In this document: positions 40,358-43,018 of the stretch, one piece after another
Layout of the letters: each line of letters opens with the position of its first letter
How positions within the stretch are numbered: the stretch's first letter is position 1
Source: Candidatus Uhrbacteria bacterium
Lineage (GTDB): Bacteria; Patescibacteriota; Patescibacteriia; JACQRZ01
Assembly: GCA_016206145.1 (NCBI GenBank)
Contig: JACQSA010000030.1
Coordinates: 1 to 43,018, forward strand
Length of the DNA stretch: 43,018 bases
Direction of reading: 5' to 3'
The notes under the pieces: generated by a model
What the model was told of the DNA's origin: nothing
What the model saw: the letters and a program-made list of their open reading frames with translations, nothing else
Database searches by the model: none
Translations under genes and position numbers: made by a program

Positions 40358-42730
40358 TTATTCCCTGCCCATAATCATCCAGTTTGTTCCGTCGCTGATG
40401 ATCTGGCGAAATCCGTAATTTGCATTGATAGCATTTGTCGCAGATCCATCAATTGTTTCTGCACCGCTTGGATCAATGGTAATGTTATTTGTTCCTGCAT
40501 TCCCCCCCTCATCTTTAATGATATAGACACGGCCGGTAATGCTTGCTGCGGTAGGAAGGTTTAGTGTACGCGCAGAAGTAGATGTCATGCCGATATAATA
40601 ATCTGTCGCAGTTGCAGTATAGGTAGTAGCCGCGGTTCCCGTACGGAGCACCCCGATACTGCCGCTTACATCAAGAGATTCATTTGGCGTAGTGGTGAGA
40701 ATACCGACATTTCCAGTTGCAAACGCCGCGGCATAATGCGTACCAGCCCCGCCAGTCATTGCATCTACATACAATCCATATGTGCGCGTGGTCCCTGCTG
40801 CGGTTGCTGTGTTTATTTTAAGCGCATATGAATCAGAAATTGTTACACTCCCCGCTCCTGCCGGCGCGCCGTCAATAGCAAGAAGCGCCGCATCGTCAAT
40901 TGTTAACGCAGAAGCGTCGGTTATGCTTTGCTGATCTATATTTACTGTCTCCACTTGGGTTGTTACTGGTATGGTTCCTGTATAGGTAAGCGTGGAAGGA
41001 TCAATAAAAAACGTGGTATATACATTCCCTGCGGCTGAAGCAAGCGTTATTGCCGGAGTCACAAACCGATGCGCAGTGACATTTGCAAGCGTTGCCCTGC
41101 TGTCAATCGCATACATATCAGTAGTGCCGAGCGTTCCTGATGCACTGATTTTGAGCTGGTCGCCATCATCATTATCAAGGCCAAAAGAGTATGCGCCAGT
41201 TCCTTCCGCAATTTCGAAATTGATAACAGGATCATTTCCATTTGTATGCGTAAGAATAATTGCAGTAGTAGATGCGGCAGTGGCCGATAGAAGATCAAGT
41301 GTGCCATTTGGCGAAGCGTCACCTAAACCCAGGTCACCTGAACCATTTAGGAAAAGAATGCCACTCTCGTCATTTGAAACATATAGAACCGTCTCTGCAT
41401 TTCCAAGGCTCGTTCTGCCCGTTGTGCCATTTGATTTCGATCCACTAAGGTATATTGCCGGCGTTGAATCTGTCGGATCATTACTACCCATTACACCGAG
41501 AATCCGTAAACCAGGTGAGTCCGAATCTGACACACCAGTCAACAAAGCACCGCCGGTACCTAATCCGCCACCGTTCAACGCCCCTATCTGAAAGAAGGTT
41601 CCAGTTTCCAGTTGTTGTCGAAAGGTACCGTTATGAAGCGCAGTAAGTCCATGCGCCACATCGTCAGCGCTCATTGAGAATGCGTTTGCTATAGCTGTTG
41701 TTTTATTGAGTTCCAAAACATAGTCTGGTGTCACATCACTTCCGATTCCAACATTTCCAGAAGCAAATGCCGCAGCATAGTTGTTTGTCGCGCCCGTCAT
41801 CGCATCGACGTACAATCCATATGAGTTTGTAGCCGCTCCTACTGCGGCAGTCAATACTCTCAAAGACGAAGCATTTGTAATCGCTGTATTTGCTCCTACG
41901 GTTGGAGCCCCCAAAATCCCAAGAGTTGACGCATGAGTGAGGGTTTGGGTTGCCGCAGTAGCGCTATACGTCCGAGAACGGATCAACATAGTTCTTTGCG
42001 TTGCCAAATCAGCACCTGTGGTGTACTGCAACCCATTTGTTGCAAAGTCAAAATCAAGATCAATTTTTTCGCTCGTTACCGCTTGCGCAGAGTATGCGCC
42101 TGCCTGCCATACTGTTGAAGTCGCGGTTCCTGATGTGACGGTTTCCCCTGTCGCAGTAGTATGAAATTTTAAAAAGCGAGCAGAGTCAATGCCATCCAGT
42201 TCGTCAGCATTATACGCATACGCACTTCCACCCACTCTCACGCGCGGTGTCATCTCAGCATCACAGCCAGAATCCGCAGATGTACAGGCAGTAACACCGA
42301 TATAAATTCCAGAAGCATTAAAATCAAGAGGCAGTACTGGCATATTAGTAACAGTGCTATCTCCAAGATTTACTGTAAAAATTCCCCGCGTAACTGTTGT
42401 TGCTATGCCTCGCGCGATCGAATTTGTAATTGGACAGTTCGTTAATCCGGTTGCGTTCGTTCCTGTTGTCCAAAGGCAGTTTCCACCACTTGAAGCATCA
42501 TAAAAGGCAAATTTTAAATAGACAGTTGAGCTGTCTGCAAGGGGCACATAGCTATTGTCTGTAATTCTTCCTTGAAAAATTAAAGGCTTATTGCGAGTGC
42601 TTGAGGCGGCATTTAATGAAAAATATCCAGCCAAGAGGCCGACAATTATAAAAACAGCAAAAAACTCTGCGACATAGAGTTTTTTCATTACACGTAAAGG
42701 CGCAGAAAGGGTTGAAAGCGGCGTCTTCAT
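40358..42730 (-). CDS. Large N-terminally anchored surface protein, tail-fibre-like, with an internal module duplication
   Basis: 790 aa, Thr/Ala/Gly/Ser-rich. YGLYVDAMTG..YAAAFA.GNVGI occurs twice, about 345 aa apart. The C-terminal LNLPTAASITGRVYIIKDEGGNAGTNNITIDPSGAETIDG...SDGTNWMI resembles phage-fibre-like termini. An alternative start lies at 42688. Confidence 0.7.
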   Translation of the reverse strand: MKTPLSTLSAPLRVMKKLYVAEFFAVFIIVGLLAGYFSLNAASSTRNKPLIFQGRITDNSYVPLADSSTVYLKFAFYDASSGGNCLWTTGTNATGLTNCPITNSIARGIATTVTRGIFTVNLGDSTVTNMPVLPLDFNASGIYIGVTACTSADSGCDAEMTPRVRVGGSAYAYNADELDGIDSARFLKFHTTATGETVTSGTATSTVWQAGAYSAQAVTSEKIDLDFDFATNGLQYTTGADLATQRTMLIRSRTYSATAATQTLTHASTLGILGAPTVGANTAITNASSLRVLTAAVGAATNSYGLYVDAMTGATNNYAAAFASGNVGIGSDVTPDYVLELNKTTAIANAFSMSADDVAHGLTALHNGTFRQQLETGTFFQIGALNGGGLGTGGALLTGVSDSDSPGLRILGVMGSNDPTDSTPAIYLSGSKSNGTTGRTSLGNAETVLYVSNDESGILFLNGSGDLGLGDASPNGTLDLLSATAASTTAIILTHTNGNDPVINFEIAEGTGAYSFGLDNDDGDQLKISASGTLGTTDMYAIDSRATLANVTAHRFVTPAITLASAAGNVYTTFFIDPSTLTYTGTIPVTTQVETVNIDQQSITDASALTIDDAALLAIDGAPAGAGSVTISDSYALKINTATAAGTTRTYGLYVDAMTGGAGTHYAAAFATGNVGILTTTPNESLDVSGSIGVLRTGTAATTYTATATDYYIGMTSTSARTLNLPTAASITGRVYIIKDEGGNAGTNNITIDPSGAETIDGSATNAINANYGFRQIISDGTNWMIMGRE

Positions 42731-43018
42731 ATTTTTATAAAAGGAATACTGTTCTTACCGGAGGGGTGAATATTATTTTTTCATTGAAAATAAAAAACGC
42801 GAATACAGTAGATCGATATGTAAGTCTCCCTGATGCGTCAAAAGAGAAACGAAAATATAATGGGATCCTGACTTCTTGTTCTACAATTATTGATTTCGGC
42901 GCAGACAACAAGAGGAAAGACCCCATGAGGGGCAGTAAATTTTGCGTTTTTTGATTTTGCATATGGCCCTTTTCCTTTCATGACATGGTCCTTTGTCCCA
43001 AAATCCATGAGGTTGGCC

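Noticed and set aside
42735-43018. Small ORFs in the right-edge non-coding region (75-aa minus-strand ORF 42735-42962, 80-aa plus-strand ORF 42712-42954, and a ~57-aa minus-strand ORF starting near 43008).
   Set aside because: They overlap each other, have low-complexity or odd composition and no motifs. The region is more likely the promoter/5' region of the 790-aa gene. The window ends here, so nothing can be concluded.

Overview
AT-rich bacterial window (about 40-45% GC by eye) that reads cleanly in the standard code. It probably comes from an uncultivated, small-genome lineage; that is inference only. Start codons mostly lack a Shine-Dalgarno sequence. Layout, left to right: (1) a Com-like zinc-ribbon ORF, then anaerobic ribonucleotide reductase nrdD-nrdG, then a DoxX / DoxX / thioredoxin-fold membrane module. 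(2) A 13-gene minus-strand aromatic amino-acid supraoperon (5.4-15.6 kb): aroA-aroK-aroQ-aroE-tyrA-DAHP synthase-aroB-unknown-aroC-prephenate dehydratase-chorismate mutase-aminotransferase. (3) tsaC, a 1152-aa Gly/Pro/Gln-repeat secreted protein and an NRAMP transporter. (4) An 8.6-kb accessory island between tRNA-Gly and tRNA-Cys. It holds a frameshifted IS256-family element, a DUF3160-like gene bracketed by ~37-bp direct repeats, a dnaJ 3' fragment, a decayed IS3-family element, a HepT/MntA toxin-antitoxin pair, two more IS fragments and a 3D-domain wall protein. (5) Two paralogous membrane proteins (one fused to a beta-propeller), polA, a CorC/HlyC transporter and tRNA-Trp. (6) A minus-strand envelope locus: a tail-fibre-like 790-aa protein, a 231-aa secreted protein, and a Wzy_C-like membrane protein with TPR repeats. 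The strongest new observation is a 25-codon leader ORF (MCQQTKQFFFGFYFVNLAHRGLVAV) upstream of aroA. It is followed by mutually exclusive antiterminator and terminator helices, which looks like a textbook Phe/Tyr ribosome-mediated attenuator for the whole aro operon. Other leads are listed below: structured elements inside the operon, a Com-like protein plus hairpin in front of nrdD, a candidate O-glycosylation/fibre locus, and several dispersed repeats. All family assignments come from motif recognition by eye; no database search was run.
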